A DNA stretch of 63,964 nucleotides, the filler included, from Octopus bimaculoides (taxonomy: Eukaryota): NCBI RefSeq assembly GCF_001194135.2. It is 8 parts of 6 records of this genome, joined end to end, with 100 filler letters (N's around TTAATTAATTAA, not from the genome) between each part and the next. Parts side by side here need not be neighbours in the genome. Positions count along the whole stretch, not along the records: positions 1 to 15,338 come from NC_068992.1; positions 15,439 to 23,590 come from NC_068985.1; positions 23,691 to 34,784 come from NC_068997.1; 5 more parts are not named here. One strand, given 5' to 3'. Within the stretch, counting starts at the first letter, position 1. Each line of letters begins with the position of its first letter. Positions 13,405 to 26,865 of the stretch are shown here, one piece after another. The position numbers and the translations under genes were made by a program. Under the pieces are notes generated by a model that was not told where the DNA came from, did no database searches, and saw nothing but the letters and a program-made list of their open reading frames with translations.

Positions 13405-14862
13405 AGAAAATACAATATCCATCTCCAGTATAAATTGAAAAAATGCTAGGCAGAGGGAAAATATAGCAAGCTGGTGGGAGAGTGGAAGGATTTTATATAA
13501 TACTGTGTCCCTCCATCCGAAATTCAACGGAAATATCAAAGGAATTGTGTATTTCTCTGGAATATATTCTTGATATAGCGGTATTGTATTAAGACGGAGC
13601 AGAAATAGACCGTTGAAGGGTCGGAAACACCATTCAAATGTTACTGAAGAAATACTCAAGTTAGGTAACCGGCCAGCCACTTTCACCAATAGAAGTGACA
13701 AGTGTTAATATTAACAACAGCAACTGACACATCGAAATAAAATAAAAATATTACAAACATGAACCACTGCATCGAGGGAAGATGCCAGAAACAGGCAAAC
13801 GTATAACAACAGCCACGACAATATTGCAAAATACGTCAAGTGTAGTATGAATAGAATAAAACATCTAGTACAACAATTCACCGCCAAAGCCTAATATATG
13901 GAAGAACCACAAACACACACGTACAAACACACACGTACACACAAAGATAAACACCCCCTCCACACACACACACACACTTACATATGAAAGACGAATATAC
14001 ATGTATCTAGTTACTGGAAGAAAACACGTCCTTCCTAGCGGGAATATCTCAAGAATCAAATTAGCGTTAATCCTCGAGAGCCCATCATCACCAATATGTG
14101 GTGTGTTTTGCTAAACAGAAAACATTAGAGAACCTTTTGTTAGCTTTAGTAAAGTGACAGCTATAGACAAGATTAAAGTAGAAGAGGGGTCTTCGTAAAG
14201 TTCATGTTTGCCACACTCTCTAAATAACTCTTGGCTAATTAAATCTTTCAAGAGTGTTTCATCCTTTTCTTCTTCATAGGAACCAAAACTTGTCTTCTCT
14301 GGTTGTAAAGACACTTAGACACATATTAACCCTTACATCTCTTTATCTGTCTCCAACTTTTCTAGTCAATTGCTTGTGTCTTGCTTTCTCCATATAATTT
14401 ATTCTTTACGACTCTGCTTCACTCTATAAAATTGTTCTTTATTCAAGGGTTTCTAAATTTCCATATCTCGATTGAGTTTTAATTTTATTATCTTACCGAT
14501 GTGTCTGTTATTATCCTCATCATTATAATTTGTTTTTCTCCTCATCACAGACGTTGTCATCATCACCATCATCCTCAACTAGACGCATTACCTAGACCGC
14601 ATGGTGCGTGACGTTCTTGAGCAAAGCACTTCATCTCACGTTGCTCTGCGATCACCACAACACCTGTCGCCTGATAAACTGTCTACTTGTTCAAACAATG
14701 AGAGTGAGCTAATTTACAACACATACTTGATCAGTATAAACAAAACATTTGTGCAAGTCATTCGGCAAAAGCTGAACGCCTACACGTCATCTTCAACTAG
14801 AGGATGCTTCACCATCATCATCATCATCATCATCATCAACATCATCATCATCAACATCATAA

Positions 14863-14926
<64 letters not shown>

Positions 14927-14935
14927 TTTATTTCT

Positions 14936-15117
14936 TATTACGACCTGTCAGAGTCTACAGCACGCCAGGCAAAATGCTTAGCGGCATTTTGGTTCTTAGT
15001 TCAACGCCTTCTGGTATGGACTTAGCCTTTCATCGTTACGGGGTCAATAAAATAAGTACCACTTGAGCACTGTGATCGCTATAATCAACCATCTTCACCC
15101 CAAAAATTGTAGAAAGA
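14936..15117 (+). mobile_element. Family-B SINE
   Basis: Homology to the 13173 copy; begins in an ATT tract. Confidence 0.7.
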
Positions 15118-15119
15118 AT

Positions 15120-15338
15120 TTTTTACTATTCTTATTATTTTTCAGTAGTTTTATTTTTATAACGTGCTTTCACTTCACTACCGAGCGCAGCTCTGTGCGC
15201 CTTGGGTATGTGCTGTGGTTTGCTGTGATGCTCTTATGTTTACTGTATTGAAAGTGTTTTGCGTAGGATGTGTGCAGTGCCCAGTAGTGCAATTTTCTGT
15301 ATGTTATATATATTTGTAAGTCCTGGTGTTTTTGTTAT
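15120..15338 (-). mobile_element. Dong/R4-clade 3' end
   Basis: Minus strand IQKIALLGTAHILRKTLSIQ* then 3'UTR ending in AATAATAAGAATAGTAA. Confidence 0.8.
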
Positions 15339-15438
15339 NNNNNNNNNNNNNNNNNNNNNNNNNNNNNNNNNNNNNNNNNNNNTTAATTAATTAANNNNNN
15401 NNNNNNNNNNNNNNNNNNNNNNNNNNNNNNNNNNNNNN
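15339..15438. other. Artificial 100-bp scaffolding spacer N44-TTAATTAATTAA-N44; also 23591-23690, 34785-34884, 45517-45616, 50514-50613, 56875-56974, 62192-62291
   Basis: Seven identical 44+12+44 blocks; the 12-mer places stops in all six frames. Confidence 0.97.
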
Positions 15439-16037
15439 ATATATATGCATTTGTATATATATTTAGGTCTTGCATATACATGTCTATATATGTATGTAGC
15501 TATGCACATGCATCTGCATGTTTTAGTGTATATATGCATATTATAGATGGTTTGGTATGTGCATATACTGCTAAATGTATATGTAATCCAACGTGAAAAA
15601 ATTGTTTAAACGGATATAAGTTTTAATGTATTAATTGATTAATATTTTACAAATAATTATTTATCCTGGGTGTTTAGACTCTGTCCTTCTTTATTATCTA
15701 TTTTTGATTTAAGGTTTTCTTTGATTTCATAATAAGATGATTTTATACCGAATTTTGTTCATTGCATGCAACCCGTCATTGTAAAGACAGTTAGTTGAAT
15801 GGACCAATGAAACAAAACCATTTTCAAATGTGTATCCATTAAACTAATTGTACATGTTTGCTTATAACCTTATTTTTATTCCATTCTAAACAAAACTGTC
15901 CGACGAACGGGAACGTGAAACTCTGAGTAACAGTTTTTGTGATATTTTTGCTGCTTTTTAATAAAACATGTTACTCAACCTTTGGTATTCGAGGAGTATT
16001 TTTTCCACGTTGTTTCGCATTTATATGCTGGCTCTGG

Positions 16038-16071
<34 letters not shown>

Positions 16072-17392
16072 NNNNNNNNNNGAGGAGTATTTTTTCCACG
16101 TTGTTTCGCATTTATATGCTGGCTCTGGTATATATATACATATCATTCGTAACAGACGTTCTCTTGACATCGTTTTCACACGCCTGACTGGAGCTCCCGA
16201 GTTGTTATCTATAATCCTAAAAATTAGAACTAATTCAAATTCAATGTTTTCTTCAAACAATGAATTTCTATAGAGATTAGGATATAAATCCCAACCTATG
16301 AAAAGTTTCCGTTTTACAATATTCTTAAAGGAACGAAAAATTATCCAGCAACTCGGGCTAATACGAACGAGCCTGACATCTTTTGTCAAGAGTACAGGCG
16401 ACAGTCAGATCGCTGATGCTTGTTGTGCACTCTGCTGTTGTTATTTTATTGGTGTTATCCTGTGCGTCTGTGTGTAAAGCAGGTTTGCTTTATTCTTAGC
16501 CTTAACTGGAGAAATGAAGAAAGACATAGTGCTAGATATTAAAAAAAACAAGCCAGTTGGAGCTAGAAATAAAGCGAAAAAAAAGCGTGAAATTCTTCAA
16601 GCAGGCATGTGTCTTATGCGAAATCTGTGATGAGCTTGAGTGACGCTGATGACCTGGAGTCACGCTGATGACCTGGAGTCACAAACGTCAAAGTCGTCAC
16701 TAATTGTAACGGTCGTGCTGTTAAGGTGTTGGTTGCTAATATGCAAATTGGAAGAAAAACAGTGATTGAAGTTGTAAAGAGATTTTTATTTACCGTTACT
16801 TTGTATATATCCAACACCACGACGGATTGGTATGTATAACTAGTAATATGGAAAAGCATGCGAGGTAAAAAGAGTTAATTTCAACCGGGGTATGTTTATA
16901 CGATCTCATAGTAGTATATAGCGAGAGATATGGCAATGTTGCAGAGAAAAGAAACTGAAGCGAGAGTGGTGGGACGAAACAACTGCTTCGTTGGTGAGTT
17001 ACCATAGTTGCCCCTTTGTGCCTTTTCCTTTAGTGACGGCGTTTTGTTCAGCCGGTCAGCCAGACTCAGTTCTCACCAACTAACTTTTGCTTGGGAATCT
17101 TCTTTATATATAATTATCGCCAGATCGCTAGAAAGAGAGGCATGCCATTATCCAAACAATGGGTATTTTGGGAGGTCTGTTGTTCTGTCAGTTTAACTTT
17201 CCACCGCTTTCAAAAGGTTAGCAGGGGTCAGGTGGCAAAGACATTATTCTGCTTAGCGAAGGCATCTGGCAAATGTAACTGCTGTCAACTTAATGTTTCT
17301 CTAGAGGAAAAGTCCGTTGTACTGTTAAGTGAAATTTGGCGATTGAGGATCGAATCCATGCTATGCCAACATGAAGCTACTACATATATATA

Positions 17393-17590
17393 CTGTAATC
17401 CCTCGCCATATCGCGCTTCACCTATCGCGCACTCAGTACATCACGGATTCTTCTGGCTAATATATGTAAATTTACATCGCGGACTCCTCAGTATATCTAG
17501 GTTTCTGCGGCCGATAGGTATTTATATTTTTTTAGATTTTAATTATTTCTGTGGAAGGTTTTGGAACCATAGATAGTCGAGGGATTGCTA
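17393..17590. mobile_element. Tigger/pogo-like MITE, ~200 bp
   Basis: TA-flanked; termini CTGTAATCCCTCG / CGAGGGATTGCTA resemble a CAGTAATCCCTCG-type TIR. Confidence 0.65.
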
Positions 17591-17871
17591 TATATACATG
17601 TGTGTGTATGTGTGTTACTTTTTTCTTATTGTAGTCATTACACGGCAGCCATGCTGGAGTACCGCCTTAAATTTTTAGTCGAGTGAATCGATACCAGTAG
17701 TCATTTTTTGAACCTGGTATTTATTCTATCTATACCTTTTGCTGAACCGCTAAGTTATGGGGACTCAAAAACACCAACACCGGTTGTCAAGCAGTGGTGG
17801 GGGCACAAACACTGACATAAGGATATACACACATACATATGCATACGTACATACATACATACATACATACA

Positions 17872-17961
<90 letters not shown>

Positions 17962-18678
17962 NNNNNNNNNNNNNNNNNNNNNNNNNNNNNNNNNNNNNNN
18001 NNNNNNNNNNNNNNNNNNNNNNNNNNNNNNNNNNNNNNNNNNNNNNNNNNNNNNNNNNNNNNNNNNNNNNNNNNNNNNNNNNNNNNNNNNNNNNNNNNNN
18101 NNNNNNNNNNNNNNNNNNNNNNNNNNNNNNNNNNNNNNNNNNNNNNNNNNNNNNNNNNNNNNNNNNNNNNNNNNNNNNNNNNNNNNNNNNNNNNNNNNNN
18201 NNNNNNNNNNNNNNNNNNNNNNNNNNNNNNNNNNNNNNNNNNNNNNNNNNNNNNNNNNNNNNNNNNNNNNNNNNNNNNNNNNNNNNNNNNNNNNNNNNNN
18301 NNNNNNNNNNNNNNNNNNNNNNNNNNNNNNNNNNNNNNNNNNNNNNNNNNNNNNNNNNNNNNNATATATATATATATATACATACATACACACGCACACA
18401 CCTACAGACACACACTTGGGATCTCTTGTTTGACTTGCACTTTCTTAAATTTTTTTCCAGTTGAGATCAATTTGGTGTACTTATGGTAGTTTTATATGTT
18501 AATTATAGAAATGAAATTCATTTTCGCTATGAATTATCAAATAAATAGTTAATATCTTTTAAAGTTTGAAAATTCTGGATAATTTTAGCCAATCGAAAGC
18601 CACAGGCATATTGGTTTCTGTTTTCATAGTAACAAGCTAAGCTGTTGTGTTGTCTGCTTACCCGTAAGGGGAGTAAAA

Positions 18679-18891
18679 TATTGATTTCAAATTTGGGGAC
18701 AAGCAATTTCAGGAGTGGAGGATAGTCGATTACATTGACCACAGTGCTCCACTGGTACTTATTTTATCGGCCCCGAAAGAGATGATAGGCAAAGTTGACA
18801 TCGGCAGAATCGAACTCTGAATGTAATGATGGACGATATGCCGCTAAGCATTCTTCCGGCGTACTAACAATTCTGCTAACTTACTGCCTTA
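18679..18891 (-). mobile_element. Family-B SINE
   Basis: Homology to the 13173 copy. Confidence 0.8.
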
Positions 18892-20197
18892 TATGGAGTA
18901 AATATTTGAAAAACATTAATACATATTAAAGTTGCAAAGAAACAGGGAAGGTAGTCATGGGATGTGCTAGAAACAACAGCCAAATCTTACTTAGAACACG
19001 TAACTTCTCGACCGAAAATATTCAGAATTTCTTTTTTTACCAAAAAGGCGGATCTATTTTAAAACGGGGGCCACAGTTTTCATTAATGTTTTACGTAGTG
19101 TTTTTGGTACCGAAAGACTTTCAAACTTCGTATACTTATTTATTTTGTGTTATAGAACAGAAAAATATTTTTGTATTCGAATTTATTTCATGTAAAAAAT
19201 TGTCTTATTTCGATAATTTCAACCAATCACTGACAAGTATTCAGTTGTTTATATTTACTTCTTTGGCTGATTAAGCGGTGTAAAGCGTATTTANNNNNNN
19301 NNNNNNNNNNNNNNNNNNNNNNNNNNNNNNNNNNNNNNNNNNNNNNNNNNNNNNNNNNNNNNNNNNNNNNNNNNNNNNNNNNNNNNNNNNNNNNNNNNNN
19401 NNNNNNNNNNNNNNNNNNNNNNNNNNNNNNNNNNNNNNNNNNNNNNNNNNNNNNNNNNNNNNNNNNNNNNNNNNNNNNNNNNNNNNNNNNNNNNNNNNNN
19501 NNNNNNNNNNNNNNNNNNNNNNNNNNNNNNNNNNNNNNNNNNNNNNNNNNNNNNNNNNNNNNNNNNNNNNNNNNNNNNNNNNNNNNNNNNNNNNNNNNNN
19601 NNNNNNNNNNNNNNNNNNNNNNNNNNNNNNNNNNNNNNNNNNNNNNNNNNNNNNNNNNNNNNNNNNNNNNNNNNNNNNNNNNNNNNNNNNNNNNNNNNNN
19701 NNNNNNNNNNNNNNNNNNNNNNNNNNNNNNNNNNNNNNNNNNNNNNNNNNNNNNNNNNNNNNNNNNNNNNNNNNNNNNNNNNNNNNNNNNNNNNNNNNNN
19801 NNNNNNNNNNNNNNNNNNNNNNNNNNNNNNNNNNNNNNNNNNNNNNNNNNNNNNNNNNNNNNNNNNNNNNNNNNNNNNNNNNNNNNNNNNNNNNNNNNNN
19901 NNNNNNNNNNNNNNNNNNNNNNNNNNNNNNNNNNNNNNNNNNNNNNNNNNNNNNNNNNNNNNNNNNNNNNNNNNNNNNNNNNNNNNNNNNNNNNNNNNNN
20001 NNNNNNNNNNNNNNNNNNNNNNNNNNNNNNNNNNGCGTGCGTGCGTGCGAGTGTGAGTGTGAGTGTGCGCGTGTATGTGTGTACTTAAGTAAACGTTATA
20101 GACCGCTTTATAGAGTACGTATGTGTGTGTGTGTGTGTGTGTAAAATTTCACACTAAAACAGTTGTATCGTATCGAACACGTGTTGAACGAGTGGTT

Positions 20198-20248
<51 letters not shown>

Positions 20249-21105
20249 CTTGTTCTTAATGCTACTGGTAACATGTAACCCAGTACAACCTGCCTCATGT
20301 CGGCACGTCTGCAACTACACCACCAATTCTATCGAGCCTTCTCGGTAAGAATGGTGCTTTTCGTTGGATACCCTACAAGATGGAAAACAAAACCTGTCAA
20401 GAGGTGGATGAATTGAGTATAGTTAACGACCATCCAACGGTCATCCAGTAGCTTAAAAATATCTCTAGAAACAGGAAAAACCGATGTAATCATAGACTCG
20501 GGAACAAGGAATGCAGAATGTGTAAGCACACACCCTAAGACTTTTCAAGGGCAATGAAAGCACTTTAGACATCCTCCTAAAAAAAAACTGGGTTTGCAAC
20601 CACTAAGCAAATTTCGTTTCTGCACTTATGGATGTAACACCTACTACTTCTATTGTATCCAACTCTACTTCTTTTTTAACTATATGCACACGTCGCTTGC
20701 GGAGTGGGATTGTGCTTGTGAAAGACCTTTCCTGACTTTAAAACGCTTCAGGTACAAGCATTGCTCTTGTTAACATTTCTATTATGTGTCGCATGTTATG
20801 GCCGGCCATAGTCGAGAAAGGCAAAACACTTAACGAAAGAATTTTTAAAATTCCATGGCAGAATAAAGGCATGTGTCAGCGTGGGTGATTAACTCTTAGA
20901 ACACCTGCAGCACTGAAGGAAGTCATCGTTGCCTCAAATATGGAAAAGCGTATGGGTTTCTAGTGGGTGTGAAAAGTTACATCTGTGCTGTTCGTGTTAG
21001 ATGCAGCCGTCATATCTGTCTATCTGCCTGCCTGCCTGCCAGCCTGCCTGCCTGCCTGTATGTATGTATGTATGTATGTATGTATGTATGTATGTATGTA
21101 TCTTC

Positions 21106-21289
21106 CTTTTACTTGTTTCAGTCATTTGACTGCGGCTATCCTGGAGCACCACCTTGAAGGGCTTTAAGTCCAGCAAATCGACCCCAGGACTTATTCTATC
21201 GGTCTCTTAGGCCGAACCGCTAAGTTACAGGGACGTAAACACACCAGCATCGGTTGTCAAGCGATGGTGGGGGAACAAACACAGACAGA

Positions 21290-21341
<52 letters not shown>

Positions 21342-21450
21342 CGACGGTCTTCTTTCAGTTTCCGTCCACCAAATCCACAAGGCTTTGGACTGAACCCGGA
21401 ACCATGTGGCTGGTGAGCAAGCTACTTACCACACAGTCACTCCTGCGCCT
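21106..21450 (-). mobile_element. Composite tRNA-derived SINE (family A): head, internal (TG)n, tail ending TGACTGAAACAAGTAAAAG; internal deletion in head
   Basis: Same head-microsatellite-tail order as the 33849 and 40704 copies. Confidence 0.85.
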
Positions 21451-22189
21451 TTATATTTATTTACTGGTTCGTTTTCTTCTTTATTCACATATCCCTTGAA
21501 ACGGTTTTAACTTTGCCCTTGATTCAAATATAATTGACCAATTGTAGTGATGGATATACTTTGGTCAATCCCATAATGGACAACGGGTGGTGGTCTCTAC
21601 AATGTTTCAGTATGTACATTATTATAAGAACCCTACGATTTTGTTTTGGATAAATATTTACTAACCCTGTTTACGATTACATAAATGCTATTCTCTTTCA
21701 AGACATGTTAGTAATTTTCTTGTCTTATTTTAGTGCTAACTTCCTTTCACAACTTTTCAAACATCCTGGTTCCCACCCCACCTTTATATAGAAATAACCC
21801 ATAAATATTTCTCTGGACCACTGCTTGATCACTCTTGTGCCTATCGACTTCGAAGCTCTACGCTGGAAGATGGTATAATTTTAATGTATTGAGCCTCCTG
21901 GCTTCTTCTCGAGGCTATGTTCTTTCCTATTCCCTTTTCCCTTTGTTTATTTTATTTGACGCTCTTGTATTCACTCTGTTGAAGCTCCATGAACTAGTTC
22001 GAATATCCTATGAAGATGAAGAATGTTATTTTCGTAATTCTTTCGTAGGCACCGACTGATATTGGAAACGGAAACGGCCGTAAGAATTGTTATGTCATGT
22101 TTTGTATTAAAAAATAATGTACAGATGTGGCCTAATTCGTCCACTTGTTAATCTAAATTTTCTCCATTTTCTGGTTTAAAATATTTTTT

Positions 22190-22276
<87 letters not shown>

Positions 22277-23690
22277 CAGGCTTCTTCAGCGTATGGTCTT
22301 AGTGTCACTGTTTGTCCCCCTCAACACACACACACACACACACACACTGCTTAACAGCCGTTGTTGGTTTGCTTGCGTCCCTGTAACTTAACTTAGCAGT
22401 TCGGCCATAGAGACGATAAAATAAATACCAGATTTTAAGATTAAGTCTCAGGGTCGATTTTGTTCGACTGAACCCCTTCAGGGTGTCGCCTCGGCATTGT
22501 CACAGTTCAATGACTGAAACAAATAAAAGATATAAGGTAAAATATAAATGCTGTGTGAGAATTCTCTAACAATATTTACAGACCTACCACTATCACCCGG
22601 TATTACTGTTTTCCGGAATGTTCCTGTCTGCTCTTATAGGGAATTTATCAATGCTTTTTTAGTAATGGTTGTGCATCAATGTAGTTGTACCATTTACAAA
22701 CTGTATTGATAAACATATACCCTAATTGTCATATTGCTTCTAATTCAATAGCGAGGTTGATACAATTACCTAGTTTTTTGGTTCCATCGTATACAACATT
22801 CATTAATTAGTAGGAATATGTCAATAATTAACATGTTATTGTCATTTTTGTCATTTTTGCTATAATGTTTTTGACCATTTAAGTCGGTGCAAATTTGTTA
22901 TGGTGCGAACAATTTTTTTTTAACCAAAACCTTGTGAATAGATTTGGTTGACGGAAACTGAAAAGAAGCCCATTGTATACGCGCGTGCGCGCATGTGTGC
23001 GCGCGCACGTGTGTGCCTCCTTGTCTTGACATTGCATGACTATTGTAAACGATTATCACGGTCATGCAGGCGGTGTCCTTCAGTTCCAGTCTTCAACCTG
23101 CCTCAAGGAACTCTGTGCGACGTAAGCGAGCAAGGAAAAGCAGATGTTAAAAAGATGATAATAATCACACAATACGTAACTGAAGATTCAATATAGTATA
23201 TAGAAAATGTCCTTGTAACTGTCGTAGGTTAACAGATCTTTCACATATTTTCATGTTTTTCAGAGTTTATCAAATGTTGTGTTCATATATCATTCTTTAC
23301 TTTAAAAAATCTCGGCCCAGTGCCAGATAGAATGAACTAACTCTGAAACTATTATTCACTTCAAATAAATCGAATATAGTAGTAATAGCCTTCTTTCTTA
23401 ATACAGCATTAAAAGTCACTTTAAATATACTTAATGAAAGGATGAAAGGTAAAGTTGATCTCGGTGGAATTTTAGCTTGTAGCGAGATCTAGAATCGAAA
23501 TATACTTTGTTACTTCTGTTAAATATTAATAAAAATAAACATATATTCATATTTTGAGTTTTATTTTTTCTGTTAACATCAACATACCGGNNNNNNNNNN
23601 NNNNNNNNNNNNNNNNNNNNNNNNNNNNNNNNNNTTAATTAATTAANNNNNNNNNNNNNNNNNNNNNNNNNNNNNNNNNNNNNNNNNNNN

Positions 23691-24531
23691 TCACCTGTAT
23701 CTGTTGCATCAAGCGAAAGAACATTCAGTGCACTTCGCCGTTTGAAGACCTGGCTCCATACCACAATGACACAGCACCGTCTTACACATTGTACCATAAT
23801 GCATGTACATAAAAAAATATACGATGAAAACACTTTGCACATCCTCATGAAACGTTTCATTAACAAAACGTTTGAGCGTAGGAACACTTTTAGAATATGT
23901 TGATACAGTTTTTTTCATATACGTGTGAATTATGGAGTGATGCAAAAACTCGGCTTACTTCTATTTTAACGCTACTTATAGCTTCATTATTTCTTTCTTG
24001 GTAAACTGACATTTGAATGTTCGGACGCGTGCTACTTGCTGTAAAAGGAGCGAAGTTATCCATGTAATACAAAAAGAAAATTGCAGATAAGTTGAATATT
24101 AAAAGTGAAAAATAATCATTGAATACTGAAAAAACATTCACCTCCCCTAACTTTAAACCCTAACCCTAATCCCTAACCCTTAATAAAATATGGGAAAAGC
24201 TGGAGATGAATGTTTTGAAAACATTCTGAACTATCTTTCAGAATGGTTTACTTTTCAATGAAATGTCATTTTGTTATTTTTCATGTTTTTATTCAATTAA
24301 TCTGCAATGTTCTTCTTGTATCAGATGGATAACCCACCCTCCGTTTACAGCAAGTAGCGAGCATCTCGTTTTTTACCTGTGTGCTAAATTTGACTACTTA
24401 CGACTAACGCGGGCGCATGCGCTAATTTGTGACATGCATACTCCCAGAACTCGGATCCACACTTCTCCAGTAGTGCCAAATTTTGAAACTGAGTTTGCAC
24501 CCCCTAAGCAAATTTTGTTCCCGGGCCACTG
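23691..24531 (+). mobile_element. 3' part of a hAT transposon (ZMYM1/THAP12-like dimerization domain)
   Basis: 23691-23903 translates SPVSVASSERTFSALRRLKTWLHTTMTQHRL...; ends in hAT-like terminus ...CCCGGGCCACTG. 5' end lost in the spacer gap. Confidence 0.85.
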
Positions 24532-24844
24532 GTAATACCTGCTGAAGAGAATTCGAAATCATGATCCAGGTATATCTGTTACCTTATTCTACGGCTTTTT
24601 AGCTGAGATAATATGTTAAATTCCACTCGTTTGCCCGATTTATGTTGGTCCGTTACATATTTTCAGTGAGATTAATGGTTAAGTTGAGAGTTTTTTACTT
24701 CCTCTTTGGAGCAAGCTGGTGCTTTGTGTACCCTTTCAGATAATTAAGAATTTAATGTATAGCTGTTTAATGCTAATATCACTTGCTACCATTAATGTTA
24801 TTTTTATTGTTAATATCAATTATTTAGATTTGCTGCTGCTGCTG

Positions 24845-24920
<76 letters not shown>

Positions 24921-24947
24921 TAATAATAAAAATAATAATAATAAAAA

Positions 24948-24978
<31 letters not shown>

Positions 24979-24981
24979 AAT

Positions 24982-25543
24982 ATCACTGCGTAATTTGAAA
25001 AAACCTGGACTTGCCCCATAATAAAAACTGGTGGGAACACAAACCACCCCCAGTACTTGAAAATGATCACATTGCACTCCTCTGGAACTTTACCATTCAA
25101 ACTGACAGAAAGAAAGATGCAAATAGGCCAGACATCATACTGAAAAACTTCAGACAAAAATCATGCCTCCTCATTGATATGACTGTCCCAATCGATATAA
25201 ACGTATCTGTCCAAGACCTACCAAAAACTGAGCAAATATAAAGATCTTGAAATAGAAATTAGCAAAATGCAGAACCTGAAGACGAAAACAATACCTATTG
25301 TCATAGGTGCCCTGGGAATGACAGCGAAACGGGCTGATTACTNNNNNNNNNNTAAAACAAACACAATTTTCTTATGGTTTCTTAAACATTCTCTAGAACA
25401 AAACTGTACAAATTCAAATATATGGTACCCTAGGCATAACACCTACATGAACTTCTAGCTTGTTGTCTCTTGAGGTCTCTGGGTGAGACTTGGATCCAAC
25501 TTGTACAAATGCAAAGCAAAAGTTAAACATAAAATAATAATAA
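24982..25543 (+). mobile_element. 5'-truncated Dong/R4-clade non-LTR retrotransposon (restriction-like endonuclease and 3'UTR)
   Basis: NWWEHKP...LWNFTIQTDRK..ANRPDII...LIDM...KLSKYKDL...PIVIGALG. Sits directly after a long (TAA)n and ends in TAATAATAA. Confidence 0.88.
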
Positions 25544-25594
25544 CAACAACATCTTTACGAGTATTCATTTTGAATATTTACTCATTCTTATGTA

Positions 25595-25669
<75 letters not shown>

Positions 25670-25890
25670 GGCTATATGTCAGTGTTTGTCACCCCCATCA
25701 CCGCTTGACAGCTGGTGTTGGAGTGTTTACGTTCCCGTATCTTAGGGGTTCTGCAAAAGAGGCCGATAGAATACGTACTAGGTGTACAAGGTAAGTACTG
25801 GAGTTGATTAATTTTACTATAATTTTTCAAGGCGATGTTCAAACGTGATTGCAGTCTAATGACTGAAACAAGAAAAGATGGTGACAAAAG
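25670..25890 (+). mobile_element. Family-A SINE tail half
   Basis: CGCTTGACAGCTGGTGTTGG...TGACTGAAACAAG. Similar tails at ~22300-22530 (+) and ~17625-17820 (-). Confidence 0.75.
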
Positions 25891-26865
25891 AAAAATTGTC
25901 TCTTACATACTCGTTGAATTCGTGTAGACTTTTTTACGAAAATATTTTTGACCGTTAGCATAATACATTGGCAGTCACAGGTTTATTTGTTGGTCGCAGT
26001 TAAAATATTTACCCTTAGATGTTTTCATTTTATATCAGTAGCCATGTGTAAATTTTTTTGATGTGTATGTTTGCGTGCTAATTTTGGCATTATATTGCGA
26101 TACGAATATGGTTTTCATAAGCAGTATTCTACTTATGATGGAATTTTAAAAGTATTTTCCTCTAGAATTTTTCTATTTTCTTTTTTTTTTATGTGATATG
26201 TGGTGTAATGTTGAGCAATAGCTTTATGCTGTAGGTGCATGCAGGCCTACGTGGAAGTGTTACAAAGTTGTTATACTGGATAAACCAGCGGAACACTCAA
26301 GATGCACCCTCCATTTTATCCGAACATAAAATCTATTTATTTCTTTAACTGATAAACAATCTAATTCTTTTCCTTACGTCTTTCGCTCTTTCCTTTTGAT
26401 TTCGATGAAAACGATTATAATTAGTAATATAATTAGCAAAACAATTATAATTAGTAATAATTTATTATCTCTTATTCCATTATTTCCTACCTAAGATATG
26501 CAACATACACAAAAAGGTTTGGCCATAGATATAAATGAATTACGAAACATTAAATATTATAATCATTAACAATATATACTAATTAAATGTTATATTTATT
26601 AACAACATAATTAAATCTTAAATTTATAAATAACATATTTAGCAACTTATGTATAATTATACATTTTGGTGAGGATGCTGGAAGAGAAACGAAATATTCA
26701 TTTTGATGATTTTGCTTACTTTCCTCCATTACACGAAAAACAGATGCACCAGTGATGCCATTTCTTGGCCTGGGTCTAGAAACCACAAGAGAAAACGAAG
26801 TTTAAAGGGTCTGCGCAATTATTTGGAAAGTACGCATGTGTCAAGTATCACTGATACTAAAAATA

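Noticed and set aside
15383-15394. Recurrent TTAATTAATTAA palindrome (7 times) as a biological motif
   Set aside because: Always centred in an exact N44/N44 block; a six-frame-stop scaffolding spacer.
15991-16142. 60-bp direct repeat flanking a 10-N gap
   Set aside because: Identical copies on each side of a gap, differing only by an (AT)n expansion; typical unmerged contig overlap or heterozygous allele.
16160-16393. Short inverted segments CTCTTGACA and CCCGAGTTG
   Set aside because: Arms too patchy to call an element.
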